From contig NW_026867619.1 of the NCBI RefSeq assembly GCF_020745735.1, positions 62,001 to 126,000 on the forward strand: DNA of 64,000 nt. The letters run 5' to 3'. The notes beneath the pieces were generated by a model. The model was not told the origin of the DNA. It was given only the letters and a program-made list of their open reading frames with translations, and searched no databases. Each line of letters begins with the position of its first letter. Position 1 is the stretch's first letter. Both the position numbers and the translations under genes were made by a program. This document shows, one piece after another, positions 13,206 to 26,745 of the stretch. This DNA is from Hemiscyllium ocellatum (lineage: Eukaryota).

Positions 13206-15414
13206 AGTAAGTTCGACAAGGTTTCCAGTGGGAGACCGGATGGAAAGTTGGATCTCATAGAATACAGGGAGAACTAGCCATTTGGATACAGAACAAGCTC
13301 GAATTTAGAGTACATAGTGTGTGGTGGAGGATTCTTTTATAGACTGGAGGATTGCGACCAGTCGTGGACCAACAGGATCGGTGCTGGATCTATTGCCTTT
13401 CGTCATTATTACAAAATGTTTGAATGTGAATATTGGAGGCAACTACGAAGATTGCAGATGACACCAAAAACATGGAAGAATGTCACCTTGGAGACAACGG
13501 TACATTGGTAAGATGGGCCAATGTGCCGAGGAGCTGCTGATCTAGATTAATTTTGATGACGTGAGTTGCTTCATTTTGGAAAGGTAATTCAGAGCAAGAC
13601 TTATATACTTAATAGTAATTTACTTGTGTATGATGCTGGACAAAGAGACCTTGGAGTGCCGGTTCATTGTTCCTTGAAAGTGGAGTATCAGAAATATATG
13701 ATAGAGAAGAAGGAATTTAGTATTTTTTCCTTTATTGGCCAGAGCATTGAGTCTCTGATTTGAGACGGCATGTTGCAGATGTACAGGACATTGGTTTGGC
13801 CAATTTTGGAATGTTGTACGCAGTTATGTTCTCCCTCCTACTGGAGGTTTGTCGGGTACATGGAAAGGATTCAGAAAAGAATTCCAAGGATGATGCAGGG
13901 GTTGGAGTGTTTCAGCTATGGGAGAGGCTGAATATCTGGGGTGTATTTTCCCTGGCGAATTGTTGGCTGAGGCGTGACCTTATAACCTTTTTAATATATT
14001 GAGGGGCCTAGTTTGGGTAAATACACAAAGTCTTTTGCCTGGGACGAAGGAATCCAAAACTAGAGGCCGCAGATTTGGGTTGTAAAAGGAAAAATTGAAA
14101 AGGTATGTGGTTGGGCAAGTTCTTCACGCAGAGGATGGTGTCTGTATGGAATGAGCTGCCAGAGCTTGTACAATTACAATTACAATTAAAAGGCATTTCG
14201 ATTTGTACGTGTGTTGACAGTGATATGGGCCAAGTGTTAGCAAATGGGGCGAGATCAGATTAGGCTATCTTTTCAGCATGGTCCCGATGGACAGAAGGTT
14301 TTGTTTCCGTTCTATGCATCTCTATGAGTTTCTGTGCATTCTGTGAGTCTGGAGTTGTTTTCTGAACTGGATAGCGGTTTGGTTCCTTTTACAGTACTAT
14401 GAGGCCGTTTTTATCATCCGTATCTGGTTCATACACTCTATCAGAGACACGGAGTCTCATCCCAAAAACCGGACTTCAGCACGGACAGAAATGGCGAACG
14501 ACGCCAGGAACAACCTCAGCCTCCAGAATAGTCATCGATTCAGGGGTCCCTGACGTGCAGAATATCATAAGGCTCGTTGCATTCTCTTCCTTTCTATCTT
14601 TATGAACGTTTGTTCTTCGGTCAGTATCTTAATGCCCCTTTCTTTCCTTTCGATAAGTAAAACTCAATACATCTTCATCTTTACGTAAATTCTTATCTTT
14701 GAGTCTTCTCTTAACTACGTTTAACTGTATCTTAAAAGAACAGCTTGAGTAGGCATTGCGACCAATTCCACCCCTTCATGAACAAAAGAATATGGAGATT
14801 GATACGTCAACTAGTCCGCGATTTGACCTGCGCAATACAGAGCTTTGTGAATGTTGCACGTGGTGTTGAATTTGAACTGCTCTCAGCCAGATACATGAAG
14901 AGAATTACATCGCACCTGAGCTATGCTTCTGGAATGAGGTAGCTGGATGGAGGTACAGGTAGTGAGCTCAATGCGACAGTAATCCGAGTGTCCCAAATAC
15001 CTCTGTGACCACAGTTTCAGCTTGTCTGGATCAGGTCATTTGCTTATGAATCGTTGGCCCTGGTTATTGCTCGCCAGGCATTAAGTAACTTTCGTGTCAT
15101 AGTTAACCAACTGATAATTTCTCACAGTTTGGGGATTGTTATGGCTTGGTGCCTATGGGATTAAATGTGACTTGTCAAATGTCAACCAAGATTCATCTTA
15201 TCTCACTGTGCATGGAGGGAGACTTGTTCTTTGTTCAGGAGCTGTCAATGGTGCTTCAAGTTGTGCATGCATGAGCAAATATTTCTATTTTCAAAATAAC
15301 GATGGAGGGAAGGGCAAAGATGAGGCACCTGCAGGTTTTGTGGCCGACGATAAGACATTGAAGGACTGCTGCAGAGATGTACGATGACCAAGCTGATTGA
15401 CCTCCAACAGCCAT

Positions 15415-16915
15415 GTGAGAAAGTGAGGACTGAGGATGCTGGAAATCAGAGCCAAAGAGTGTCGTGCTGGAAAAGCACAACAAGTCAGGCAGCATACGAG
15501 GTTCAGGATAATAGATATTTCGAGTTTGATCCCTTCAACAGGAATATGGCATGTGACCCGGGGAGAGAGAGAGAGATACATGGTCCGGGCGTCGGGCAGC
15601 GGAAGGTATCTGGGAATGAGAAAGTTAAATGATGGTGGGGGGAAGGTAATAGGTCGGATTAGAGGGTGGAGCAGATAGGTGGCAAGGAAAATGTACAGGT
15701 AAAACAATTAAGGGGGAAGTGCCGAATTGGAAGTTTGTCTCTGGGATAAGGTACGGGGAGGGGAAATGAGGAAGTTGATGGAATCCACATTGATATCGTG
15801 TGGTTGCAGGGTCGAAGGTGGAAGGTACGGCATTCTCCCTCCAGGCGTCGAGTTGTTATGATTTGACAATGAAGAAGGCCCATGACGGGCACGTCCTTGG
15901 TGAATTGGGACGAGGAGTAAAAATGTTTAAGCAAGGCCAGTGGGGTTCTTCAGTGCGTGTGTTCCAGAGCTTTTCTCTGCAAAGTTTCACAAGTTGGTTT
16001 CCTGTCTTCACGAAGTTGAGGAGACCACATCTAGAGAATCAGACACATTACATGATGTGTGTGGAAGTCCAGGTAAGTCTTGGTCGATTGTGGAAGGATC
16101 CTTGGGGGCCTTGGACGGAGGAGAGGGATGGAATGCGGGCGCAGCTTATGCACTTCGTGCGGTTGTAGGGGAAAGAGATGGATGCAGGGTGTGGCCTGGT
16201 GGTGGGCGTGGATTTGATAACGCGGCTGCAGATGGAATGGTCTCAGGGACGGTGACGCTAGGGGCGGAAAATATTTCACCAGTACTGTTTTCTACCACTC
16301 GCGCCATCAACTGTGTCCGTTGCTCTTGATTTGGATACCTCTGCATTAGGAGACGGATTTCCAAACCTGTGGAACGTATCAGAGAACATTTCCGGGATGC
16401 ACTAAACAAACCCAATTACTTATGGCGGAAAATGTTAACTCCCCCTCCCACTCCACCAAGGGCATGTAAGTCCTGGGCCTCCTCCAACGCCAAACCCGAC
16501 CCACACGAAGCATGGAGGAAGAACGCCTCATCATCCAACTTCGGACCCTACAACCACACGGGATCAATGTGGACTTTCACCTGTTTCTCGTTTTCCATCC
16601 TCCACCATATCCTATATCCAACCTTGCAACTCAGCACTGCCTCTTGATACCTGTGGATCTTCCTTCCCACATTCTGATCCAACCTCCTCTCCAATCTATC
16701 ATCCTCCCCCAAAGGCCATCGACCTGCTGCATTCTCAGGTACTTTCCTCACATCTCCACCCCCTCCCATTTACCTATCAACCATCTTGGCCAATACTTCA
16801 TTCCTAATGAAGGTTCGGTGCCCGAAACGTCAACTATCCTGCGCCTCAGATGCTGCCTGCCTGGCTGTGCTTTTCCAGCCCAACAATCTTCGATTCCAAC
16901 ACTCAGAAACATCCT
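15415..16915. mobile_element. Penelope-like family A inverted pair (minus 15415-~16260, plus ~16285-16915)
   Basis: Both arms carry EEERLIxxLxTLQPHGINVDF-type coding and pLTR with degenerate hammerheads (~15513-15546 minus, ~16801-16832 plus). Confidence 0.8.
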
Positions 16916-19744
16916 CACCTGTAGTTGTTATGAACCTCGAAAGAGATGTAATCTCACTTCAGTTTTTCGAGGGGTCCTCATTCTGATTGAGTGTTCCGAA
17001 CGTATAAGTTTAAGAACCGAAGGTTTGTTTTTTCAGGATTTAAAATGTATCTGTATAAATACGCACAACGAATTAATGAACACCGAATGAATACTTCCGG
17101 AAATGCAAGTGGAATCATCCTGAGATTCATGCAGTGCATAGTTAACGTGATTGTGTTGACAGCTCAGATACGACTGATCAAAGAAGAAATAAGTGACAGG
17201 ATCTGAGCTCCCACCAGAATCGCACATTTTATAATTATCACGAGAAAAAGAGTGGTGTTCACAAACAGCGATATTTGATTTGTGAGCTGTGTTAGTGGGA
17301 ACGACTGACACATCAAGTTATAAATAAAATAAAGGACTTTAAGGTACAAATATGGCCATGATACTTTCACTAATGTGGCATATCACAACCGGAGTTGAGG
17401 GTTAAAACACTTGGTAATGGAAGTGACTTTCATGATACATTAAAAACACGATGTTAAATTTTCTGCAGTCTGGCATGTTTATTAAATGTAATGTTCTCCA
17501 ACTCAATTATAAAATATAGTCAAAAAACTAAAAGTTCTAACTTTCATTATTTTTGAAAGGTGTGTATTCATATGATTATTAGCATTTATTTTTAAATTTT
17601 GCCTTAAATCTGTTTGATGCACAATCATCACGTAAACGTCTTCCTCTCAAGGAGGAGACACACGACAAAGCGAAGAACAGCTATCTCTGGAAAATTATCT
17701 ATGTATAAATTATGAATTGCAGGTTACAAAAATGTTCATCCAAATTGAACCACTGGTAAATTTGATATTGTATCAATATTTCCAACTCAATGTCCATTAT
17801 TATTACTGTACGGAGTATAAATTAGTGTTGCAATGTCCCAAGGCTTGTCCTAACGTTGGTGGAAGATTAATCAGTTGCTAAAATATTATTTCCGTCAAGA
17901 GATTATGTCTTTTTTATTGAATTATTATTGTTGCTCTGCCGTTTCCATTTTATGAAATATTCCACATCTGCCTATGTTCCAGGGGACATTTTATTTTGTA
18001 TATGCAATCAGTTACGACGATATTCCCACTTGCAATCCATTTCATATTTAAAAGCTCCATTGACAGCTCCAACAGTGGACAGAACAGAAATCAGGAAAGT
18101 ACGATGAATGATTCATATCATCTTTCCCTCGATTCCATTGCAGTCAGATATACAATTTAATGCAGTTCCTATAAACTGTTAAATTCCGTAATCAGAGATA
18201 CTCTTCCTTTCACAAGCCTACCAAAGTACGTTATTCCCCTCCAGTTCGCAATCTCCACTTAGCTTCATTTGACTTTGAAAGATGCTCCCACTAAAACTTG
18301 GAAGCTGGGTTAGTTTTATCCCCCTTTTACTGGGAAACCACTTGCGGTAAAATTCGAATAGAAAAATGATCACCGATTCACTTTGCCACTGAAATTGGGT
18401 GTAGAACAATGCATTTCTAATTTGAAAAATATTCCCAATTATATTTGCAACTGAGGGAAGTGTCTTGTTATTGCTCCACACTTACAAATACTTACAGCAA
18501 GGCAAGAATACCGGGTCAGAGAAAGGTATTTGAGATTTACCCCCAGTTAGTACAATTCTACAGTGACAAATCCTCCCAGTTACATTAGGACTCAGCAACC
18601 AGAGTGTCCAGCCTGAGGTTTGTGATCCGCATTCAGTTCAATTCCACGGTCAGTAATGCCTTAACTCAGAATAATTTCGGATATCTGGATCATCAGAATG
18701 CAGTATTCCAATGGATCACTGGGTAATGCAGAGTGTCTGTGAGCTGCAGACAAGACACTTATTTTTCTCTAAGTTGAGGAGTCACACCACATTGTTAATT
18801 TGGAAATGTTAATCGCGGAGAATGATATCGAATTTGTACTGGCGCACTCCAGTGCCTTGTCAAGACTATGTGAATATACGCCATTCGCAGCAACAGATCA
18901 GCATTGGGACACACCCCACAAATTGGGGTGTTCTGGGATAGCAAGACTGAACTTCAATATAAGAATAAAATATTTCAAGACTGCTTATTACAGAATGCTA
19001 TTGCTTCAGAAAAAAACACTCTTCTCCATTGCATTAACCTCTGGCATTATGATAGAAACACATGTCCCTTACACAATCATATTAAACTCAACACGATAGT
19101 ACAGTGCAGTTTTTGACAAACAGCACAACTTTCACGTTAATTTGACAATCAAATGCTTCAATGGTTCACATCATATTTGGACCCCAGTTTTAAACACCCC
19201 TCCCAGTGTTCTGTCCTCAAATCAATCATGCTCTCATGCACCCACAGGCTGACAAAAAAGCACACAGGATAGTCCAAGACATCCCTGCTGAGCCTCACCG
19301 ATCTGCACAACTCACCTACTGATCACATTGTATTTGTGCTCACTATTTAGAACAAACTGCTTGAGGAATATCCACCAACAACATCGGTTTACATCAAGGA
19401 ATGGGAAACACCAGGTGTCACTAAGAGACGGGTTTTTGCAAAACATATCTGACTGAAAGCAGGTTTTATACTACCACAAGGAGAGTGTGTTCTTGCTAAA
19501 CATCTATGGCTTATGGTCAGCTAAACGCCATAAATGTCATCTCAGTGCAAACTCATTCAGCACAGTACAGAGAATCACACAATGCTGCACATTATTAAGG
19601 AGCCACTAACTGACAAACTATTCACTTTAAACTCAGCAAGTCAGTACACGATTGTCTGGCTTCAGTATTCCCTTGGTAAATAGAGCAGACGTAAGTATGA
19701 GTTAACGAAGAAAGTTGTTCAACATAAGTTCTTCCAAGACTTAC

Positions 19745-19811
19745 CAGGAATGCCAATAATGGCAAGGACGGTGTAGTACACTTTAGCGACCATTTGTCTT
19801 GGAAGATGCAT
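19745..19811 (-). CDS. GPR139/GPR142-like GPCR gene A, coding exon 1 (MHLPRQMVAKVYYTVLAIIGIP + G)
   Basis: Minus strand reads ATG CAT CTT ... GGC ATT CCT G|gtaagtc. Length 67 nt (22 codons + 1), phase 1, matching the acceptor at 4434 to give ..IIGIPVSLLVI.. Same YYxxLAIxGxP motif as gene B exon 1. Spliced CDS is 954 nt, 317 aa. Too short for the ORF track. Confidence 0.88.
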
Positions 19812-19907
19812 TTTGCTGTATGTCAAACAAGTTCTGCCACCCTGCTTCTGGCAATATTACCAGTATTGAAGAATTCTCTTGGAGCTCACGCAGTTCCAGG
19901 CATATTG

Positions 19908-19914
19908 TTTTATA
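19908..19914 (-). promoter_or_regulatory. Candidate TATA box of gene A
   Basis: TATAAAA on the minus strand about 97 nt upstream of the ATG at 19811. Confidence 0.45.
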
Positions 19915-21214
19915 TTGTGTTGTATCTCCACTGGAAAACTTTGGCTGCATCTTCATTTTTAAACGTTATTTTGAACAAACAGATTATGACAACGGCTTTA
20001 TTTTAATGACATGATATCATTGAGATTCAAGTCCGTACATGAATACTCCAAAGACCGAATTAATCTCATCCTAGTAGATCTGAAATGTTCATTGCAATTT
20101 GTCATAACATAACAAGATGTGCATTATTTGCCACGTTGCCAATCCTACCAATATCAATAAAACTTTTCATAATCTTATCAGTGATGGTTTTCATTTTGCT
20201 GAGGCGATTCAGTCATTCGGTATCTCGTGTACAGAGCTCCTTGAGAGCTGTTCTACTACACGACTTCTTTCCTTTGTAGTTCAGCTTTGCACCGCATTTG
20301 GGAAATTCTACCTGTGAATGTGAATGTGAACAGAATCTGAAGCCAGCACTGATGAGAACAACAGTTCGAACTTCCACGAAGTAATATTTTCTGAAAATGA
20401 GTACAAAGTATACATAATCTATTTCAGAACTTGTACTGCAGAATTCCATCACGAGAGAATCATTTAGAGCAAAAGAGGTCCTTTGGCCCATCGTGTTTGT
20501 TCAACTAAGTTGGCATTCAATTTACATCCGTCCCACTTTCCAAAACGTAGCCGATAGATGTGAATGTCGTGAGATTTCAAGCGCTCATCCAAAATATTTG
20601 GTAAAAGTTTGTGAGGTATCCCACATTAACTGAACTTCAATGCATTGCTTTGCAGGCGGCTACCATCCTCCAGCTGACAAGATTTTTCCTCATATCTCAT
20701 ATAAACCTCCTGCTATTCAGCTAAAAATGATGCCACCTCTTCATTGGCCCTTCGACTAAGGGCGACAACAAATTTGTATTCACCCTGTCCACGGTACTCA
20801 GTCTGGAGGTAGGGAGGGGTCTGGAAGTGCGCACTAGGTATCGGTGAGGGAACCCACAGACTACGGACTTTGGGACCTTTCCTCTCAACAGCCAATCTGT
20901 GGATAGCCCCTTTGACATCACATGAGCCTCTCAACAGGGCCTGGGCTCCGTTTGCGGGTTGACGAAATGTGGATAGGGTGTACTATCCCTCCTTTCCCCA
21001 GCCCAAAAAAAGCTCCACACCACGTCTCATGTATTTCCCCAAAATGCAATATCGACGTGACACGTGTCTCCGGGACAGGCCGTGTCCATGGGAACATAGT
21101 TTAAACGGGAATGAGCAGGGAGAAGGCATTTCTGTAATAAAATAGAGGGCATGGATAGGGATACAGAGAAACACAAACGTTTCCCGAGAATTGGCGAATC
21201 TCGGAATAGCATAG

Positions 21215-22800
21215 TCATACAAAATTAAAATACAGTGAAAGCCCTTCGGCCCTCGATGTTGCGCTGACCTGTGGAAACAATCTGAAGGACATCTAACTTA
21301 TGCTATTCAATTTTCGTCGAAGTGTCTATCGAATGAACGTATCATTCCCGCTTTATTTGGAAAATCTACGACTATGGCTGGCATGGATTCCACATCCCTA
21401 CTAATTTTTGACTAAAGAAATTCCATCGAACGCCTGTCCAATATCTATCACACCTCAGGTTAAAGCCATGTCCCCCCGTGCTAACCATCACCATCTGATG
21501 AAAAAGATTTTCACTGTCCACTCGACCTAACCCTGTGATGATCTGACATGACTCAATTATGTCACCTCTCAACCTTCTACTCGCAAAACAAAACAGCTTC
21601 AAGTCACTCATCCTTTCTTCATAATAAGCCCCTTCTATACCAGGCAACATCCTCAGAAACCTCCTCTTATCCCTTTTCAAAGATCCCACGTCCTTCCTAT
21701 AATGCAGTGACCAGAACTGTTCACAATAGCCAAGTGCGGCTGCACCAGAGTTTTGTACAGCTGTGGCATGACCTCATGGTTCCGAAACTTAATCCCTGTA
21801 CTTATGAAAGCGCACACACCGTATGACCTCTTAACAAACCTCTCAAATTGGGTGGCAACTTTCTGAGATCCATGAGCATGGAAACCGAGATCTCTCTGCT
21901 CTTTCTCACTACCAAGGTTCTCACATTTAGACCCGCAAACTGCATTCCATTTATTTCGTCCAAAGTAAACAACCTCCAATTTTCTGCATTAAGCTCCATT
22001 TGCGACCTCAACACCCAGCTCCACAGCTTATCCATGTCACATTTTAACGTAAAACACATGTCAGCACGAACCACAACTCGACCGACGTTCGTGTCATTCG
22101 CAAATTTATTATCCCATCCTTTTGCACCCTCATCCAGGACAGTTATAAATGAGAGAATGTAGTGAACCAAAACGGATCCTTGCTGTCCACCACGAGTAAC
22201 ATGAACTCCAGTATGAACATTCCCATCACCCACCACAATCTGTTTTCTTTCAGCCAGCCAATTTCTGATCCAAACCAGTATATCACACTCAATCAAATGC
22301 CTCCGTATGTTTTGCAATAGCCTACAATGTTGAACCTTATCAAACGGCTTATTGAAATCCTTATATATCGCATCCATCGCTTTACCCTCATCCACCTGTC
22401 GGTAACCTTCTCAAAGAATACCATAAGATTCGTGAGGCATGCCTTACCCTTCACAAAAACGTGTTGACTATCTCTAATCAAAGTATTCCTGTCAGCATAA
22501 TTATAAAACCTATCTCTTCTAATCTTTTCCAAAAGTTTACCCACAACCGAAGTCAGTTGCATGGGTGTATAATTGCCAGTGTTGCCTCTACTCCCCTTCA
22601 TGAGCAAGAGGACAACATCTGCTATCTTCCAGTCTTCTGTTACTATTCCTGGAGACAATGATTACATAACGTAAAACGCCACAGTTTCTGCAATCTCCTC
22701 CCTGGCTCCCCAGGGAATCCTCAGATAATGCCCATTCGAGCATATCTGTATTCATACTTCCCAGAATTGCAGAAACGTGTTTAACCAAACACTTTCATAA
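21215..22800 (-). mobile_element. CR1 ORF2 RT to 3' end, degenerate
   Basis: DFNKPFDKVQH, QQGSVL, KFANDT, MPQLYKTLVQPHL. Confidence 0.9.
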
Positions 22801-22809
22801 AGTGTTTCA

Positions 22810-23772
22810 TCAAATTTCACATGGTAGGCTGACGGAAAAGGTGAAGTCGCATGGGGTCCATGTTGTTCCAGATAGATAGGCTGAGAACGAGTTGGGGAAC
22901 AAGTGACAAAGAGGAGAAGGGAAGGGAGTTTCTCAAAACAGAGAACTGTGTTTGGTGGTGTTCCACAGGGATTCGTGCTGACACCACTGTTGTATGTGAT
23001 GCACATGAATGCTTTGAAGGATGGTGTAGAATGCCTCATTAATAAGTTTTCATATGAGAGTAAGATGGATGGATTAGCAAATAGTGAAGGGGACAATCAG
23101 AGAATGCAGCAGAATATAAATAGATTGGAGAGTTGAGTAGAGAAATGGCAGAAGGAGTTCAATCTGGGAAATGAAACGTGATCAATTTTGGAAGATCAAA
23201 TTTAAGAACGAACTCCATATTCAATGGGATAGTACTTTGGAAAAATCAGGTACAGTGAGACATGAGTGTTCAGTTCCATTGTACCCTGAAAGGGTCAGTG
23301 CAGGTCGAAAGAATGATCAAGAAGGCAACGGCATGTTTTGCTGAATCGAATGGAATGTTGGGTACAAAAGTTGGCAAATCACGTTGTAGCTGCATAAGAC
23401 TTTGTTTATGTCACTTTTGGGCTATCGCATCCTTTTGTGCTTGCCAATTTACGAAATGGATATAAATGATTTGGAGAGGGTACAGAGGCTGTTCACGACG
23501 ACGGTGCCTGGTATGGATAGTGGTAGCTATGAGGAGACGTTGAGTAGATTAGGATTATTTTAATTGGAAAGACGAAGGTTGAGGGGGATCTAATTGAGGG
23601 CGACAAAATCATTAGCGGTATAGATAGGGTGGATGACAAGAAACGTCTTCCCAGAGTGAAGGACCCAATTACTAGGGGATACGAGTTCAAAGTGAGAGAT
23701 AGACTGGTGCGGGGAGATATGCGTGCAACGTTCTTCACGCAGATGACAGTGCGTTCCTGGAATGCGTTGCCA
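22810..23772 (+). mobile_element. CR1 ORF2 RT fragment
   Basis: GGVPQGFVLTPLLYV; RATFFTQMTVRSWNALP. Confidence 0.85.
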
Positions 23773-26480
23773 TTATTTTTCATCTATTTTCATCCTTTCG
23801 AGTATTCCCCAGACCTCTTCCCTACATACCTCAAGGCCATACATTCTAATCACTTGTGACTCAATATTCACATCAGCAATAGTGTCCTGTTCCTGAGTGA
23901 ATACTGACGAAAAGTATTGATTTAGCGTCTCTCCAAATTCCTCCGCCTCCACGCACAACTTTCCACTACTATCCTTGACTGGACCGATACCTACCCTAGT
24001 CATCCTTTTATTTCTGACACACCTATAGAAAGCCTTTGGGTTTAAGGACTTTTCATGTTCCCTTCTCGCTGCTCTTAGCTCTCTCTTTAGATCCTTCCCG
24101 GCTACCTTATAACACTCAATCGCCCCAACTGAACCTTCACGCCTCATCTTTACATAGGCCATCCACGTCCCTTTCACAAGGGATTCCAATTCCTTATTAA
24201 ACTACGTCTCCCTCACAAGTCCTTTACTCCATGCCTGACTGGTACATACTAATCAAGGACACCCAATAGCTGTTCCTTGAACAATCTCCACATACCATTT
24301 GTGTTCTTCCCTTGAAGCGTATTTTTCCAGTCCACGCATCCTAAGAGATGCCTCACCGCATCATAATTTCCCTGCCCCCAGCTATAACTCTTGCCCTGCA
24401 GTGCACACTTATCGTTCTCCATCACGAGAGTAAAAGTCACCGAGTTGTGGTCACTGTCCCCGAAGTGCTCACCTACGTCCAAGTCTAACACCTGGCCTGT
24501 TTCATTACCTAGAACAAAATCCAGTATAGCCTCACCTCTTGTTGGCCTGTCTACATATTGTGTCAGGAAACCCTCCTGCACACATTGGACAAACACCGAC
24601 CCATCTAACGAACTCGAGCTATAGCTTTCCCAGTCAACATCTGGGAAGTTAAAGGCCCCCATAACAACCACCCTGCTACTTTCACTCTTCTACTGAATCA
24701 TCCTCGCAATACCTTCCTCTACTTCTCTCGGACTATTGGGAGGCCTGTAGAAAACCTCACCTTTCCTATTTCTAACCTCAGCCCAAACTACCTCAGATGG
24801 CAAGTCTTCCTCCATCGTCCTTTCCACCGCTGTAATACTATCCTTGACAAGCAATGCCACACCTCCCCCTCTTTTACCTCCATCTCTGACCCTGCTAAAA
24901 TATTTAAACCCTGGAACCTGCAACACCCATTCCTGCCCCTGTTCTATCCACGTCTCTGTAATGGCCACAACATCGAAGTCCCAGGTACCAACCGACGCTG
25001 GAGGTTCACCTGCCTTATTTCTTATACTTCTGGCATTGAGGTATACACACTTTTAGCCACCTGTTTGTTTACAGGCACACCCCTTCGAGATCGATGCCTT
25101 GTTCCTAACCTCCCTACACTCAAGGTTCTGTACCATAAATCTACAGCCCAGGTTCCCATGCCCCTGTAGAGTTAGTTTAAACCCTCCCAAAGAGCACTAG
25201 CAAACCTCCCCCCAAGGATACTGGTACCCCTCAGGTTCAGGTGTAGACCATCCTGTTTATAGAGGTCCCACCCTCCCCAGAAAGAACCCCAGTTGTCCGG
25301 AAACCGGAATCCCTCCCTCCTGCACCATCCCTGTAGCCACGCATTTAACTGTTCTCTCGCCCTATTCCTCGACTCTCTATCACGTGGCAGGGTAACAAAC
25401 CAGAGACATCACCTCTGTTCGTTCTAGCTCTGAGCTTCCAACCTAGCTCCCTGAAAGCCTGCCTGACATCCTCACCCCTCTTCCTACCTATGTCGTTGGT
25501 GCCAACGTGGACCACGATCTGGGGCTGCTCCCCCTTCCCCTTAAGGACCCGGAAAACACGATCTGAGACATCAGGTACCCTTGCACGTGGGAGGCAACAT
25601 ACCAATCGTGAGTCTCTGTCACCCCCACAAAACCGCCTATCTGTGCCCCTCACTATTGAATCCCCAAGATCTATCGCTCTACCTTTCTCCACACTTCCCT
25701 TCTGAGCAACGGGGCCAGGCTCCGTGCCAGAGGCCTGAACCTTGTTGCTTACCCCGATAAGTCATCCCCCCCACAAGTTTCCAAAAGGGAATACTTGTTC
25801 TTGAGGGGAATGACCGCACGGTGTCCCTGCACTGGCTGCTTCCTCCCACTCCCCCTCACTGTCACACATCTGTCTGTAACCTTCGGAGTAACTACTTCCC
25901 TAAAGCTCTGACCTATGACCAACACTGCCTCCCGAATGATACGCAGTTCAACCAACTCCAGCTCCAGTTCCCTAACACGGTCTTGGAGGAGCTGGAGACG
26001 GATGCACCTCTTGCAAGTGTAATCAGCAGGGACGCTAATGGCTTCCCTCATGCCATACATGTTGCAAGAGGAACATTGCAATGCCTTCGCTGCCATCCCT
26101 CTAAAAGGTAAACTTTAAAAACTAGATCTAAAGAAACAAACAAGCAAAATGCAACACTTACCTGCTTACCACAACGGGTCTTATTATAAGGATAGAGGAG
26201 GAGGGCGGGCGGGAGGCTCTCCCCCTGTAGTGCCTCGGGTTCCTCACCTGTGCGCTTATATAAGGAAAAAAAAACCCTTCCCAGGTAACCTAGCGCGACA
26301 CCAGCTTCCGGGTCCCCTAGGCGCTTAAAAAAACTTTAAATTTTAGCTGTAATAAACACGAACTGGACTATGCCCGCGACTTCAAAAAACACCACCAGAC
26401 AGCCGTTACCTGCTCCGCCGAGAGAGTGAGGCCGATGGCTTGGAGATGCGCGCTTATATCAGGAAAAAAAAACCCTCTTT
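23773..26480 (-). mobile_element. CR1 5' half: 5' UTR, ORF1 (zinc finger/leucine zipper plus SGNH esterase), ORF2 APE endonuclease; 3' truncated
   Basis: CSSC..CKRC plus LQDRVRELELEL (25749-26096); GDSIVRG..VHVGTND (25345-25692); AITETW, YRPP, MGAFN, SDHN (24249-24968). Confidence 0.92.
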
Positions 26481-26745
26481 AAATAATTCGTTGAATTTAA
26501 GAATGAACCATTTATCTAATTAACGAATCAATAATATCTAAAGAATGTATAACACTGTGGCAATTGGACATTGTTCACAAATATCGAGGAAAAACTGCTG
26601 AGTCCGTTTGACTGGTCATTCTTTTGGAAGTTCCTGCTTTCAATCTATTTCAATAGCCTATTCTAATACAACCTATTCACATCCAGACCTGAACCATGAA
26701 ACACTCTGTTTCTGAGATCGTTTATTTACTGTGTCAATGCTTTAC

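Larger units (their letters stand above)
12045..14350 (+). mobile_element. CR1 ORF2 (RT) to 3' end, interrupted at ~12399-13205 by an antisense CR1 carrying a SINE
   Basis: PIFKKVGKENPGDYRRVSLTLAVGKLL; the sequence resumes at gttcgacaagg (~13211); 3' tail near 14310-14350. Confidence 0.85.

Noticed and set aside
21215-23772. Twin-priming 5' inversion of one CR1
   Set aside because: The two opposed pieces cover overlapping parts of RT and differ in sequence, so they are independent insertions.
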